Source: Pseudogymnoascus verrucosus (Eukaryota). From it: 64,000 nt of DNA. The translations under genes were made by a program, and so were the position numbers. Shown here in pieces: positions 49,845 through 62,740 of this stretch (the stretch's first letter is position 1; each line of letters opens with the position of its first letter). Location of the stretch: the NCBI GenBank assembly GCA_001662655.1, contig KV460219.1. One strand, given 5' to 3'. The notes below the pieces were generated by a model, which was given only the letters and a program-made list of their open reading frames with translations, was not told the origin of the DNA and made no database searches.

Positions 49845-50309
49845 TTCTCATTGTTGGCCAATCGCGTATTGTGACATATGATGGTTGGGCCCCGGATCTC
49901 GCTCTTCCCGTTACCCCTCCCGCCGCTTTTGCGATCCGCCATTTTTGTAATTTTCGCCACTTGCAAAAGCGGCTCCCTTTAGGCGTTGGCTGCATGACCT
50001 AGAGTGGGCAGTGCAAGCACGGTTGTGCCCCTCCTCGACGTGGCTGAGGGCTGAGAACCTGAAAGTGACTAATGGGCCAGTTCCGCATCGTGGTGTGAGT
50101 CTCATTTTGGCCCCTCCTCACTTTGCCCAGCCAAGCAACGGGCTAGAACAGGGGGTTTGCATGAATAGAAGAAGGCTAGTTTTGCGCTGGTTCTAGCGTA
50201 AGGCCCATCCCTACAAATGGCAGCACGCTTCTGTGCAGGACCTCGCTGTGACACAATGATCTTAACATTATGTTATTAAAGCTATAAGGTCCTAACTTTA
50301 AGCATAGGA

Positions 50310-50422
50310 TATTTTAGCGCGTAGCCAACCTTCAATTTAGGCACTTCCTGATCCTTCTCTTCTCTTCTCTTCCCTTCTTCCCTATCGTCTTTCCTGTCAT
50401 CTTCCCTTGCATCTTCCCTTTG
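50310..50422. repeat. Diverged dispersed repeat, copy A
   Basis: TTAGCGCGTAGCCAACC..TCTTCCCTATCGTCTTTCCTGTCATCTTCCCTTGCATCTT aligns by eye with 52930-53057. Confidence 0.65.
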
Positions 50423-50831
50423 TGCTTGAGAATTTAACGAAGGCTTATTTCTCGCAACCTCGTTAAGAGATAACAACTTAAGTAATAAGAACTAGATTTG
50501 CAATGAATTTTGAAATGTCAACATTGTTCTGTATTTCCTTCTCCGTGATGATAAAAAAGTTGCAGTCTTCATTAACATAGATTATGCGCCATCTAGGGAC
50601 ACTAGGGATTTGTATAGAGGAGCGCTTTAGGAGAGTCTACTGAGTGGAGTGGGTCACAAGACTTTCAATATGCAATTTATAGCGATGGAGATGTTGAAGG
50701 GAAGGGCTCCATTGAGGCTCTACATATCAACTTGATTCTTTTTCTGTATTTTGTAGACTCAATTTTAATGTGAATTTGTTATGTATCAGACGAATTAGGA
50801 GACCAAGTAGAGAGTCTATTGTACCCTCAAC

Positions 50832-51920
50832 TCAGTCGTCTATCTCACCAGCTATCTCGACATCTTCTTCCTTCCCGGAATATGGAACTGCTGCCATGTA
50901 GCTATTCTTTGTGCGAAGTGGCACAAGTCTTTTAGGACCCGGCCAAGAAGTGACAACCTCGCAGTTTCTCTTACCTGTGGAGTCACCTGCTGCTTCAGCT
51001 TGGTAGCTCCTGTTGATAGTTGTAGTCAGTAAATTATTTGTAGTTGAGTGTGAAAGGTATGGTCAGCTGGTGAAACATCACAAGGCGCAGCAACTTACTG
51101 GTACCAGTGGAAGAGTTCGCCATTTTCCTTACGCGAGAACTCCTCGCACTCAGTTATATTAGAACTCGCCTTGCCAAGTTGCTTAATGTTTGCTGCGTCA
51201 ACCTTTGCCTGGCCTCTGCAGTAGAGACGGTATAGTTTGCCGTTAATCTTCCACACTTCGCCTTCTTTGGTCGCTAAAGGGCATAGTGGAGTCTCTGCAG
51301 GTAGCGAGGTGGGAATAGCAAAGATTTTCTCGTTTGTTCCGTAGTGATAGACATAGAGCTGGGCGGACTTGTCGACGAAAAGGTAGCAGGCACCGCTGCC
51401 TGGATACCAGTGGAAGCCATATGTAGCACTGGTTGTGTCTATTCAGCATCAGCCTTTTGCACTACGAGAGATTTTTTGGGACAAGCGTACAGCCGTTATA
51501 CTTTGACTCGCATTCTGACGAAGAGTTTAGCAAAGGGTTCTAAAGCTGTGTGTCGGAGGAAAAGTTCACCTTCAAGGGTTGGCAAATAACCCATTCCAAC
51601 GAAGCCATTCCACTTAGAGTTGTAGCAATAAGTGCGATAGTCGCGGCCGTTGATGCTCTGGATAGAGCCTTCCGCGCCGTAGCAGACTTCAGTGTATGTA
51701 TGCTCTCCAGTCTCCGCAAGTGACAGAGGAGATTGAGAGCTGGATTGAGAGCTGGCGCCATCATTAACTTCGTTCATTAAAGTCTCTTAAGATAAACGAG
51801 CCTTCGGAGCTGGGACAGAGGAGCAAGCTGCTCCATCGGCCCCATGAACATGTTAGCATTAGTGGCAGCTATGCCTTGCGCGGCTAAGGCAAGGGCTGTA
51901 GAGATATGCACTGGCTTCAT
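50832..51920 (-). pseudogene. Decayed secreted protein with two Cys-containing repeats (PAN/apple-like, tentative)
   Basis: Signal peptide MKPVHISTALALAAQGIAA. Repeats C..EGSIQSINGRDYRTYC..GFHWYP and C..EGEVWKINGKLYRLYC..LFHWYQ. A frameshift and in-frame stops follow the signal peptide; GTAAGT intron near 51097. Confidence 0.6.
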
Positions 51921-52929
51921 TATGTTGGAATGGTAGTTTGAAGTAACAACAATGGTGAAAATAAGGAAAACCTTAGGAGCAAGGCAAAATAACGTAGAGC
52001 AAGACGGCTCCTTTATACCTATAGAGCTGAGCAACATGCTTTAAACTCAAACTCACCCTTCTTATATTACTCGTTGATGTAATGATGAGATAGCATTGTT
52101 AGAAGTACAATACTCAAGTGGTTATATCAGGGTTAACTGATGACAACAATATGAACTTTCAACTGCTTTTCACTGTATCAAATTAAGAAATATGTAGACA
52201 GCTAAGCTGCGTGCGTGCGTGTTCGAACAGTACGACGTGTACGAAGAATGAATCTAGGTCAGACTTTTAATCGAAAGGGGTAATTGAATTACATCAATTT
52301 GAAACTTCTCAACCACTGCTCGCTATCTCTTGCCTCATCTGTGTCAGGGTAAAAATCGATTCTCCTGCCCTGGACAGGAACTAGTTGCTCCCATCTCCTA
52401 TAAATCATCACTTTGTGATGGCGAGCCAACTATCAACTCGGGAGTCGTAACCGATTGACGCATGCAACAATCGTTTTTACCATGAAGTCAAGCTGACCTC
52501 ATCCGGTCGGAATAGAGCCGTTCCCAAGCTTCTGGACGATCGGTGCCTAAGCCTCCCACGATCTATAACGGAACTTCCCGACGATCTGTGATGGAGCTTC
52601 CCGCCTATCCCAGTCCTTATGGAGAATAGTTCAGGTAGATCACTACCAACGCTTTTGTCTCTGTGCCATGAGCTACATATGCTGTGATCCACCTACAATG
52701 TAGCTTCTCAATTCCGTTCTATGTTAGGGGGCCCGACTGCTTTTACCACCACGCTTTTCGGTTTTCGCTACTTCGCAAAAGCAGCCTCCCGTTTCTCTTT
52801 TCTCTTCCCTATTTCCACACCATCTAACACAACATTCCATTTCTAATTTCTAGATCCTAGGCTGCTATGCGTCCCTAATGAGTTTCCGATTCTTGGATTC
52901 AGCTTTCTGTGAGCATAACGCCATGGACA

Positions 52930-53057
52930 TCATGTTAGCGAGTAGCCTACCCCTAGTTTGGTGTCTACACACATCTACTCCGTCTCTTCCCTTCATTCTC
53001 CCGTCTTCCCTTTCGTCTTTCCTACCATCTTCCCTTGCATCTTTCCTGTCATCTTCC
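52930..53057. repeat. Diverged dispersed repeat, copy B (same orientation as A)
   Basis: TTAGCGAGTAGCCTACC..TCTTCCCTTTCGTCTTTCCTACCATCTTCCCTTGCATCTTTCCTGTCATCTTCC, with an internal 12-bp periodicity. Confidence 0.65.
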
Positions 53058-53406
53058 ATGAAATCTTACCTCTCATTTTCGCTTTGTTCTTAAGGATTTT
53101 CTTAGTTATTTTGCGATTTTTCACGTCACTCCTTTACTTGCCTCTTAGGTCCCTTGGTCATTAAAGTAGAATAGTAGGCATGAAGCTCTTAAAGGATAAA
53201 CTACCAGCAAATATTAAGCTATATGGATTAACAACGAAACGTCTACTAAAATTTGCCCCTCTAATAGAGAGAGGATACAAGTCCATCCTCTTACTATAGG
53301 AAGAGTACGATTCCGTCCTTTAACCAAATGCAAAGAGCTACTAACAAAGATAACAAAGAGTAAAAGGTTTGCATTGCATATTGACTAGCTAACACTAGTC
53401 CTAGAC

Positions 53407-55371
53407 TTAAACGGGGTCCCTCTTCACAAAAATTAAATTCAGAGGCGCCACGTCAAGCGTAAATACATCCTTTGTATCCCGTAATAGACTCTGGCCTGTT
53501 TCGTTAGCCGCAAAGCGGATGTCGAAGCGCTGTACAAGGCGAGCCACAACGGTCCGGAGGGAGAGGAGCGCCAGTTGTTTGCCAACGCAGGAATAAGGGC
53601 CTGCGGTTTTTGAGTATTTAGCTAAAGACTAAGAAAGGAAGGCAGAGAGCATTAGGACTGGATATTTCAAGAACTGACCTGTAGAAAATGGCATGAATGC
53701 GGCTTTGTTCTTCAGGAGCTCGGGAGACGTTGTCCAGCGCTCAGGTACAAAGGATGAGGGATTGGGGAATGCGCCTTCCACTATTGCAATTATGATCAAG
53801 TCAGTATCAGAGATCTTGAAGACTGAATGTTGGGACGCACAACGACCCAGTGACCAAATCGGCATCGATATCGTCACATTCCCAGGAATAAAAGTATCTC
53901 CAAATACCAGGCCGCTGGCGGGAGTCTGGCGCAGCACACCGGAAGGCACTGGCGGGTGGAGACGTAGCGTCTCATTGATGAGGGCAGCAAGAAACTTGGC
54001 ATCGCAAGGCGCAGTGGTGCGAAGTTCATTACGAAGCTTAGTCCCGAGAGTAGAGTCAAGGGCAAGGTGGTAGAAAATATGGCTAAGAGTGGCGGCGGTG
54101 GTGTCGCTGCCGGCCACGATCATAAGGCCGGTATCACCATTTAGCCACCTGCGAGATTGGGGTATAGATTAGATCACGAGTGTCCAATTGGTATCATTGT
54201 GCGAGGAGAAATGAAGTGGCTTGCCTCGGATTCTTGTTCATTGGGTCTGGACTGTTTTCCTCGGCGTCGAGGAGCCAGCTCGTGATATCTGGAAGTAGCG
54301 GGGTGTTCTATTTGGGAAGGATCAGATTATTAGGTGATCTATGGGGAAATGTAAACATGTGTACTGGCTGGAACTGTACTTTTCTCCGAGTTGCGGCTTG
54401 GTCTTCAATAAATTTCGTGAAGATCTTGGTGCCGGTCCCTGCGCCGGGGATGGCCAGGAGAATCGGGAGGATCCACGGAATGGGCGTGAGGATACCGACG
54501 GGGCGCATGCCATCCTGGAGCAACTTGAGGGCAAAATGTTTCTCCCCGCTCTTCAACATGTTGAAGGACTTGCCGAATGCAAGATCACCCATGACATCGA
54601 AGCTGTAGAAGTTGAACCAGAGACTCGCATTGACGGGCTGGTTGGCGAGATTGTCCAATTGCGCAATCAGTTGGTCCACATAGCCATCCACACGGCCTTC
54701 ATAGTTCCGTAGTGCTACATAATAGGTGAGCACAGGAAGGGGAGATCAGCACAATATAGAGCGTGTAACTCACCCCTTGCGCTGAATGCCTGGTCCCAGA
54801 TCTTTCGCCGTTTGTCATGCGTGTTTCGGTTGCGAGTCAGTTGTAGGGATGGGTTAGGGCCTCCAATCGCATCATACCAAGGTGCTTTGATGCATTTAGA
54901 GCTGGAACTGTGAATTGCGGCAATTGCATCTGGATTGATAATTGTCAACTCGTTGGGGCCGACTCTCACGATTTCCCCATATTTTTGGTGTAGTTGATGG
55001 GCCTGGGCGAAGTTGTCGGAATTTGGAAGGAGACGAGCGACGTGAGTAAGCTTGGTCAGGCGGGCAGAAAAGGGGCCAGGAAAGTGTCGTAGTGGATGAA
55101 AAAAGACACGATAACTAAGAATGCTAAGGGTCAAGGCTACAAAAAAAGAGGTCGATGCCACGATGGTCGCTTTCCCGGCCTCGATAATAGGAAAGTCATA
55201 GAGAAAAAAATTGCATGCGAAGAATATTAAAGGGCCCAAAACAAATATGCAGAGGATTCGTACGGACTGCATGTGGTGTTCGCCATGGATGAAGTAACCC
55301 AGATGAGAGATGACTCCAAGGGCTCCAGCAAGCACCGAAACGGAAGCAATGGGGATAGAAGACAAGAACAT
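53407..55371 (-). CDS. Cytochrome P450, 6 exons including one GC-AG intron
   Basis: Exons 55371-54774, 54714-54380, 54307-54225, 54148-53841, 53780-53679 and 53600-53407. Motifs AGSDTT, ETLR, PERW and spliced heme motif FSTG|PYSCVG. Confidence 0.9.
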
Positions 55372-57365
55372 GAAGATCGATGTCGATAAACACAATTTAT
55401 GTAATCAGCACAATATTCGCAATCTGATGCTAAATTCGGATGTTGAACGAGTTAAGCGGTCCTCTTGCAAAGGTGGGACACCAAAGCTCTTATGAGTACG
55501 TAAGGACAAGTTCGACAATAGATAACACATATCCAAAGGTCCGTAAGCTGGAAGTAGCGAAGCAGACAGATATATCACATATATTTCTTTGTGACAATAC
55601 GTTGATGGTTGAGGAGCAAAACTGTGGTTTTCGTACTTTATCTCGGACTCGCCGAGATAATTTCCCGTTCGAGGTTCTACTGAGGCTGAGAGCTGAAATT
55701 ATGCAGGCTTCGCTACCATAGAAATTAAACAACGTACAAGCTTCAAGCGACAATTTCATGGTTACATATAGTAGTGATCCAATTAATGTGTGGAAGGGGA
55801 CGGGACGTCACAGGAATAATGTAGCCTATTGCGGGGTGTCTCACATGACACCTCGCGCAAAATCAATATCAATCTTTATTCCAAGCCACAGCAAGACCCC
55901 ATAGCAGGAATAGAGCCGTGTAACAGTAAACAGGTCATACGGCTGGATTGGTACATAGTAGGAGTCTGTATTATGTGCATAGCTAAATACTGTGCCAGTC
56001 CAAGGTGATCATGAATACTATTCTTGCATAGTCTGTTAGGAAGGTACCACGGAGCCACGTCAACTCCTGTACATGGACCACTGCGTAGCCTAAAGAGAAT
56101 ACACCAACCTTACCTAGATGATCGCCGCTTATGCCCTAACATTTATCAGCCCAGGGACACGGCATGTTGATGCAGAGACTTGCAAGGATCATGTCATCAG
56201 CCCGACCCTTAGCCGTGATGTAAGCATCTAATTGGTGCCTTGATGCAAAGTGATGCGATAAGCTGCTAGACACAAACTAGAGCTGGAAAAGTTGTTTGTC
56301 AAAAGCACGGCGAAAAGCGTCAGTGAAGATTGTGACAAATCATACGGCATATCGCCGTACATCAGCCGCGACCACTATTGATGTTAATTGGGTGGCCTGA
56401 CTTTCTGCCGTCTAGCAACGTTCAACTCCTCGAATTAAACGAACGGTGACGATTCCAACGATATAATTCTAGCGTGTATGCAACACGGAGAGAAGCGTGA
56501 CAGTTTAGGGGGAAACGCCAACGTTAGCCATGATGTCAGTCGTCTAATGGCGTAGGTTGCCTTGTTTTCGCAACCACAGCCACTGTTACTAGTTTTCCTT
56601 AACAACTAACTCTCTAATATTCTACTACAATATAGTCATAAACCTCCTCTAAGTCTTCTTCAACCAATTTAACGTTATTCATGTTTGTACTACTTCCTTG
56701 TTACGGCTCTCAGGAAGACTATTAGCCGTGTGGGTTTCGGTTTGTAGAACAGTAAAACTGATACGGGAACCTCTCAGATACTATTTGGTGATGAGTAGTA
56801 TTTAGGCCCTTTTTAAAGTATTCGGCGAGTATTTACCAAGGACCCGAATACTACAAGAACTCGAATACTACTCGAGACCTTGGCAAGCTGATGCCAAGGG
56901 TGCTAAGCCCGGAAACTACGACGGAAAGCTTAATCTCGCCACGAATCTAGAGTGGCGGGTTGCCTTTGGGCCGGGTCAGTAATGCGCGGGCATTGGCTAA
57001 TGCACCTGCAACCTATTGGCAGGGATCCGGATGCTAATTATTAGACTCGAATCACACATCCCCATGTCGACGTCCAACTCTTTTCTAGGCAACAGAGCGC
57101 TAAAATGTCGCTGCTTTTCTAGGAGTCAAGAAAGGCGATTTAGGAAATGGTAAACTGGCATTAGAGGGCCCCTTGATGATTCTAATTCAAGCACGTAGCG
57201 AAATAATTCTCTAGCATTACGTATAAATAATGATCTACCAAATATTCAAAGATCGTCACAACCCTACACACAAAGGAATAAGAACAGACTAGGGTCTCAA
57301 TCGCAATTAAGATACGTAGTTAATTCAGTCTGCTTACTTCAAACACGAGAGTTCTAACGCGTTCC

Positions 57366-58481
57366 CTAAGTGCTCTTCCAGTTCCCAATCTGCGTGACAC
57401 CATCCACTGTTGCCACCTTACTATCCGAATAGACATTGAACAAAAACTGTTTCGAATTATAACCTCCGCCTGAGATAAAATCCCCCGCCCAGGTAACCCA
57501 ATAAGCCCACGGTATATCCTGACTAGCCTGCAGCTCTGGATCAGGAATGACACCCACCTCCGCGAGGGCAAGCACCCTCGATCCCCCTGTGACCCCATAC
57601 AGTGTCTGCCAGGCGCTAGCCTGTGGATTGTGGTCACCAGCAGATGCATATATGTCGGTGGTAGCAATATCACATTTATCGTTGCCCGGATACCAGTCTG
57701 ACGCCATGGTGTTACACACCCAGACCATATTATGTAGACCGTGGTAGCTAGTCAGACGGCTATAGATGAGATTCCAGAGCTGCTTAAAGGGGCCAGATCC
57801 ATGGGCGCCCCACCAGAACCAGGCTCCGTCTGGCTCGTGCAGGGGCCGGAAGAGGATGGGCACATTGGCGTCGGAAAGGCGCTTGATCTGCACGGCAATA
57901 GCGTCGATATCGCGGAGGAGCAATTGGTAGTTGGCACCGTTGGAACCCTCGTTTAGTGCGCTTTGCACGTTGAATGAGGTCGCTGCAGTGTAGAAACCAG
58001 AGTACCAGGGCTCAGCGCTAGTGTCGTAGAGGCCGGTTGGGGCGTTCCAGTGCCAGACGAAGGTGTTAATGCCGCCCTTCTTGTCAAAGGCAATGGCGTC
58101 TTCAACAGCTGTGGACGAGGTGCCATGCGCGACGCGTGATGGAGAGTAATCAATGAAGTCACTACCAAGGATGGCGGGAGTCTTTCCAATCTGGGACTGC
58201 ACCCAGGCGAAACTGGTTGGATCTTGCTGGCCAGAAAGATAATGCCATCCAAACTGCGACTGGATGAACTTTAGGAGTACCTTTGCTCCTGAAGTGGCGG
58301 AGCCGTCAATGTTGTTGTAGCTCATCCAGGTACGCTTATTAAGCTCAGTAGATTCACCTAGTGCAGCATTGCGACGCTGGGCTGGTGTGAAATCATTCGC
58401 TATTGTTTCGACGGGAGAAGCTACGACAGAACCTAACAAGGAGCAGACGACGATTGGCTGAAGTAGATGCATCTTGAACAT
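57366..58481 (-). CDS. Secreted GH26 endo-beta-1,4-mannanase (no CBM)
   Basis: Signal peptide and propeptide ending in KR. Motifs [39 protein letters not shown] and LALAEVG. Confidence 0.94.
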   Translation of the reverse strand: MFKMHLLQPIVVCSLLGSVVASPVETIANDFTPAQRRNAALGESTELNKRTWMSYNNIDGSATSGAKVLLKFIQSQFGWHYLSGQQDPTSFAWVQSQIGKTPAILGSDFIDYSPSRVAHGTSSTAVEDAIAFDKKGGINTFVWHWNAPTGLYDTSAEPWYSGFYTAATSFNVQSALNEGSNGANYQLLLRDIDAIAVQIKRLSDANVPILFRPLHEPDGAWFWWGAHGSGPFKQLWNLIYSRLTSYHGLHNMVWVCNTMASDWYPGNDKCDIATTDIYASAGDHNPQASAWQTLYGVTGGSRVLALAEVGVIPDPELQASQDIPWAYWVTWAGDFISGGGYNSKQFLFNVYSDSKVATVDGVTQIGNWKST

Positions 58482-59300
58482 GTAGAAACGGGAAGAAGAG
58501 AAAAGGTGGGAGCTGAAAGAGTAAAAAAATGATACGATATAGCGTACTACTTATATATCACAAGCCAGTGAGACCATGCTAAGGTCGAAGCTACAGTATG
58601 AGGTTCTTTCCTGCGCAGCGTGTTAATAGCGGCTTGACCTATAGTAAATGCTATGACGATTAGTGTTATAGCGATATCATCCTTTTGTGCGATAAATTCC
58701 CCTCGTCCGATACCATGTTCTCCGCCAATTCCAAACAATGTCTAGGCACACATACATTTGAACATGTCTACCTGCATGTTTACCTGCAGCAAACCCTCTA
58801 TTCTCTTTTACTCCAGCCACTCGTACAACGAGAAGCTCCTCTTGCTAGTTAAATTAAAAAAACAGCATTCTTCAGATCCTAACGCGGTAAGGCTAAGCAG
58901 TCCGCATAATGTGTCCACGTTGAGTAGTTAGATCTAATGCTTCCAAGACACATCATTTGGTTAAATTTGAAGAAAGACGATGCGCGGAGGAGCTTCCTCC
59001 TTCCTCCATAACAGCGAGGCATCTCGGTGCTTAGGATTCCGTGACTTTCTCTCATGGTAGAAATTACGGATGAACGAGCTGCAAATTTTACTAACTTGAA
59101 TAATACTATATTTCTTACAGGGGTTGTAAGGAGTCACCACTGATCGCTTCACGCCCGCGTCTCTATAGTCGCATGGAACTTCCCTATTTACAAGGGCTTT
59201 GACGGAGCCGAGAAAGTTGGATCCCAGATTACATGCCACCGATGGGTAACTGCCTGTTGGTCAGCTGGTGGCATAGTCTGAATGAGGATAGCTACGACAA

Positions 59301-59483
59301 CTACCATTCTAAATAGTTCTCGGCAGTTGGCTCGGCGATGGCTCCGGCTTTGGCGGCGCGCTTGACTTTGCCACAGGGCTGACCGGGGCGCTAGCGGAAT
59401 GCCGTGGGCTCGGGAGCGGCGATGGCGACCGAGTTAACGACAGCCACAAGGACGGCGAGACAGAGGGTTGCAAGATACTTTAT
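59301..59483 (-). pseudogene. Dead alpha-pheromone-like / Kex2-processed peptide precursor
   Basis: Translation (ATA)KYLATLCLAVLVAVVNSVAIAAPEPTAFR*RPGQPCGKVKRAAKAGAIAEPTAENYLEW*. It shows a signal peptide, xP/xA dipeptides, RPGQPC and KR. The start reads ATA and there is an internal TAG at 59391-59393. Confidence 0.7.
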
Positions 59484-60631
59484 GGTTTGGGGTGGTGTTC
59501 ACACAAGTATGTGTCCTTAGTGGGCCCCAACCTTAATTGCAGCTTCTCGACCAACTAGAACCCTAGTCATTTTGGGGGATTTCGCGACCAGGGTTAGCCT
59601 TTTACGGTGCACGTTCCACGAAAGTTTGTATATGCCGAAAAACAGAAAGAAGTGCAGTAGGTGCGAAGTATTCCAGACCTCAGTACTGCGATCTGTGTAG
59701 TTAACACCATGACTCTATCGACTATTTTAAAATGGCAGAAAGGCTCTAGAGCAAAAGCCACAATGTGGAATGCAGCTCCACGGCGCAGGCTCTTCCGGGC
59801 TAATTAGGGAACAACGGAGTTTGCGGAGGATATCATTTCGACATCAACCTTGCCAAAGCTCTTGGTCAGACTTGCTAAATGACTGTGAAGAAAGGAGTTT
59901 GTTCAAACTCGCTTTGGCTTTGGCGTAAAATGATCACAGGCACCACATATTGAAATGACGTTCCAGTGACGGCATGATCGTCTTGTACCGCGTCTTCGGG
60001 CAGAGTTTCCATCCATCGCGAGTTCAAACAATTCGATGTTCAAAAGACCGCACTTCAGCACTCATATGCAATGTTATATACGCCGCTCCACCGCACTTAA
60101 AAGATCTTTCTTCACTTTTCTAACCTGCGTGGCAACAAATCATGGAGATTTCTAGCACTATTAACATGGAAATCTGCATTTATCCGAGGCTACATCCATG
60201 CAACCCCACATCGAGCGAGGGTCAGAATTTTGTCCACCGACGGAAGAGAAGATACCGAAAGACAAGATCCACCTGTACGACGATACATAGCAACTCACTC
60301 TAAATAGAGTAACGCATTTTTGCCATATTAAAGGCCCGTTGTATAATTCAGGTACGCGGTGGTATGATAGGCCATGGGAGAATATAACGGCGGATCGTTT
60401 GCATATGAAATGAGGAGGTCAGATGAGGCGTCTTGGTTCGCCGAGCTCAGAGGAGGGAATGGTAAAAGTTATTTTTGATAGTGAGGGGAAGGCCTAGATA
60501 CAACGTACGAGATTGTTTAGGCAGAATGGACCGACACAGCGAATCCGTATAAGACCACATGCGCGGCCAATCGTTGATGCTCAGAGCTCCTCCCGTGATC
60601 CCACATCGATAACCGCAGCATCACCTTTAAG

Positions 60632-62068
60632 ATGCAGATTTTAATTCCTTTCGCAGCGTTGCTCGCCCTTCCTGCGACTCAAGCTATTGTCCTCCCAGAT
60701 GGCACGGTTTGTACTTTGTTGTTGGTGGCACAGGAGACACTAATTAGTGTAGGGAAGATTGCCGGCACTAGGTTGGAACTCGTGGAACGCTTACTACTGC
60801 GACATCGACGAGGCAAAGATTTTGACAGCAGCGCATGCAATCATTGATCTCGGTCTAAAGGATGCAGGCTACGAATATGTCAACAGTAAGGCCGCGCTCC
60901 TTTTCGAGCGAACTCTAACTAATCATGACTAGTCGACGACTGCTGGTCAATAAAGGACAGCAGAGACAATGTCACGAATCAAATAATTCCCGACCCACTG
61001 AAGTTCCCTACTGGGATCAAAGGTATTGCCGATGAAATACACGATCTCGGTCTCAAAGTAGGAATCTACGGCTCTGCAGGTACCAAGACATGCGGCGGCT
61101 TCCCGGCTCAGATAGGCAACGAATACCTCGACGCAGCAACCTTCGCTGCTTGGGAAATCGACTACCTAAAATACGACAACTGCTACGTGCCTGACAACTG
61201 GACCGACATCTACAGCGCATGCGTGCCGGATCAATGGCAAACTTACGGACCATACATCAACGGGACCTGCCCCAGCGCCTCTAGCGGACAAGACGAAATC
61301 TCGGCGCCTCCCGGCTACGACTGGAGCACCTCGCTCTCGGCAATCCGCTACGGCATAATGAGCGACGCCCTCCTTGCCCAAAACCGCACGATCCTCTACT
61401 CCCTCTGTAACTGGGGCCACGCCGCTGTTCAAACCTGGGGCGGCAGCACCGGCTCCTCGTGGCGCATAACAGGCGACATCACGCCGTGGTGGGCCCGCGT
61501 CGCCGAAATACTGAACGAAGGCTCCTTCCTGAGCAACTACGCCAATTTCTGGGGCCACAACGATCTCGACATGCTGCACATCGGCAACGGGAACCTCACG
61601 CTCGCGGAATCGCGGAGTCATTTCGCGTTCTGGGCTGCTATGAAATCGCCTATTATCATTGGAACCGATCTATTAAAACTCGATTCTGAGAAAGTCGCGA
61701 TATTGAAGAACAAAGCGTTGTTGGCGTTTCATCAAGATGATAAATTCGGAAAGCCGGCGGAGCCGTATAAATGGGGCGTTAACCCGAATTGGACTTTTAA
61801 TGCTACCCATCCGGCTGAGTATTGGAGTGGAGCTAGTAAAGCGGGCACGTTGGTGCTGGCGATGAATACATTAGAGAAGAAAGCGTGGAGGGAGATTAAG
61901 TTTAGTGAAGTCCCGCAGCTGAAGAAATTGGGTGCCTCTAAAGACAGTTTTGAGGTTAGGGATATTTGGTCTGGGAAATATTTGGGTTGTGTGAGAGGGA
62001 GTATTGGGAGGTGGGTCGGGAGCCATGATACGGTGGGCTTTGTAGTTGGGAAGAAGTGCCGGGGGTGA
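60632..62068 (+). CDS. Secreted GH27 alpha-galactosidase, 3 exons
   Basis: Signal peptide, spliced [32 protein letters not shown] and HNDLDML. Introns 60707-60752 and 60886-60932. Confidence 0.94.
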
Positions 62069-62309
62069 GGGTGGAGAACTTAAGCTTGAGTTCAAGTGGA
62101 GACAAGGGAGTAAGAGGGGAACTGGATGCTAGATAGAATGAGACTGTGAGAATGGTGTGTCTCAGGGCATGAGCGTCGCATAGAAGCCAGCGGCTGTTCA
62201 TGCATATGGTGTGGCTCTTAGCTTTCGAACAATATCAAGGGTGCTCTGCTCTTGCTTTCCAGATGATCCACCATATTCTCACAATCGCCCTCTACTTTAC
62301 AAAAGCCTT

Positions 62310-62740
62310 AATGGGTTTTAAGCCCTCCACCTAATTAAAAGTACCTATAATATTAGTTAACTATACATCTTAAGGGCCTTACGAAACCTTAGGTGTATTA
62401 TCTTCATTTTTCTAGAGCAAGCTACTAAGAAAATTATATAGGAAGCCTAGATTAAAACGATAAGCCCTTTTAATCTTTATAATATCTTCCTTATTTTAAT
62501 TAACTATGAGCGCGTTAATGTTGCCCTTAATGTGATCTACCCTTCGACCTCTAACGAGTGGGAAGACGTATAGTGTCTTTTATATAACATATGCTATTGT
62601 AATTTCTATGTTCTTAGTAGAGGCAAGATCTTCTATAACTTTAGAGACAGCCTACTTACTAGAAGATAGTTTATCTTTATAACTAGGGTTTCTTACTTTA
62701 TGCTCTTTAAAAGATTCCTTAGATTAGAAATGTCCTTAAC
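62310..62740. other. AT/TpA-rich tract, probable RIP-type decayed repeat
   Basis: Sharp AT enrichment with dense TA, TAA and TAG and no ORF; identity unrecognisable. Confidence 0.4.

Noticed and set aside
51775..51779. TAATG stop-start overlap suggesting coupled translation
   Set aside because: Better explained by a frameshift and nonsense decay within one pseudogene.
59333..59346. CGG-N8-CCG as a cellulase/mannanase regulator site
   Set aside because: It lies within the GC-rich coding relic of the pheromone-like pseudogene, so it is probably incidental.
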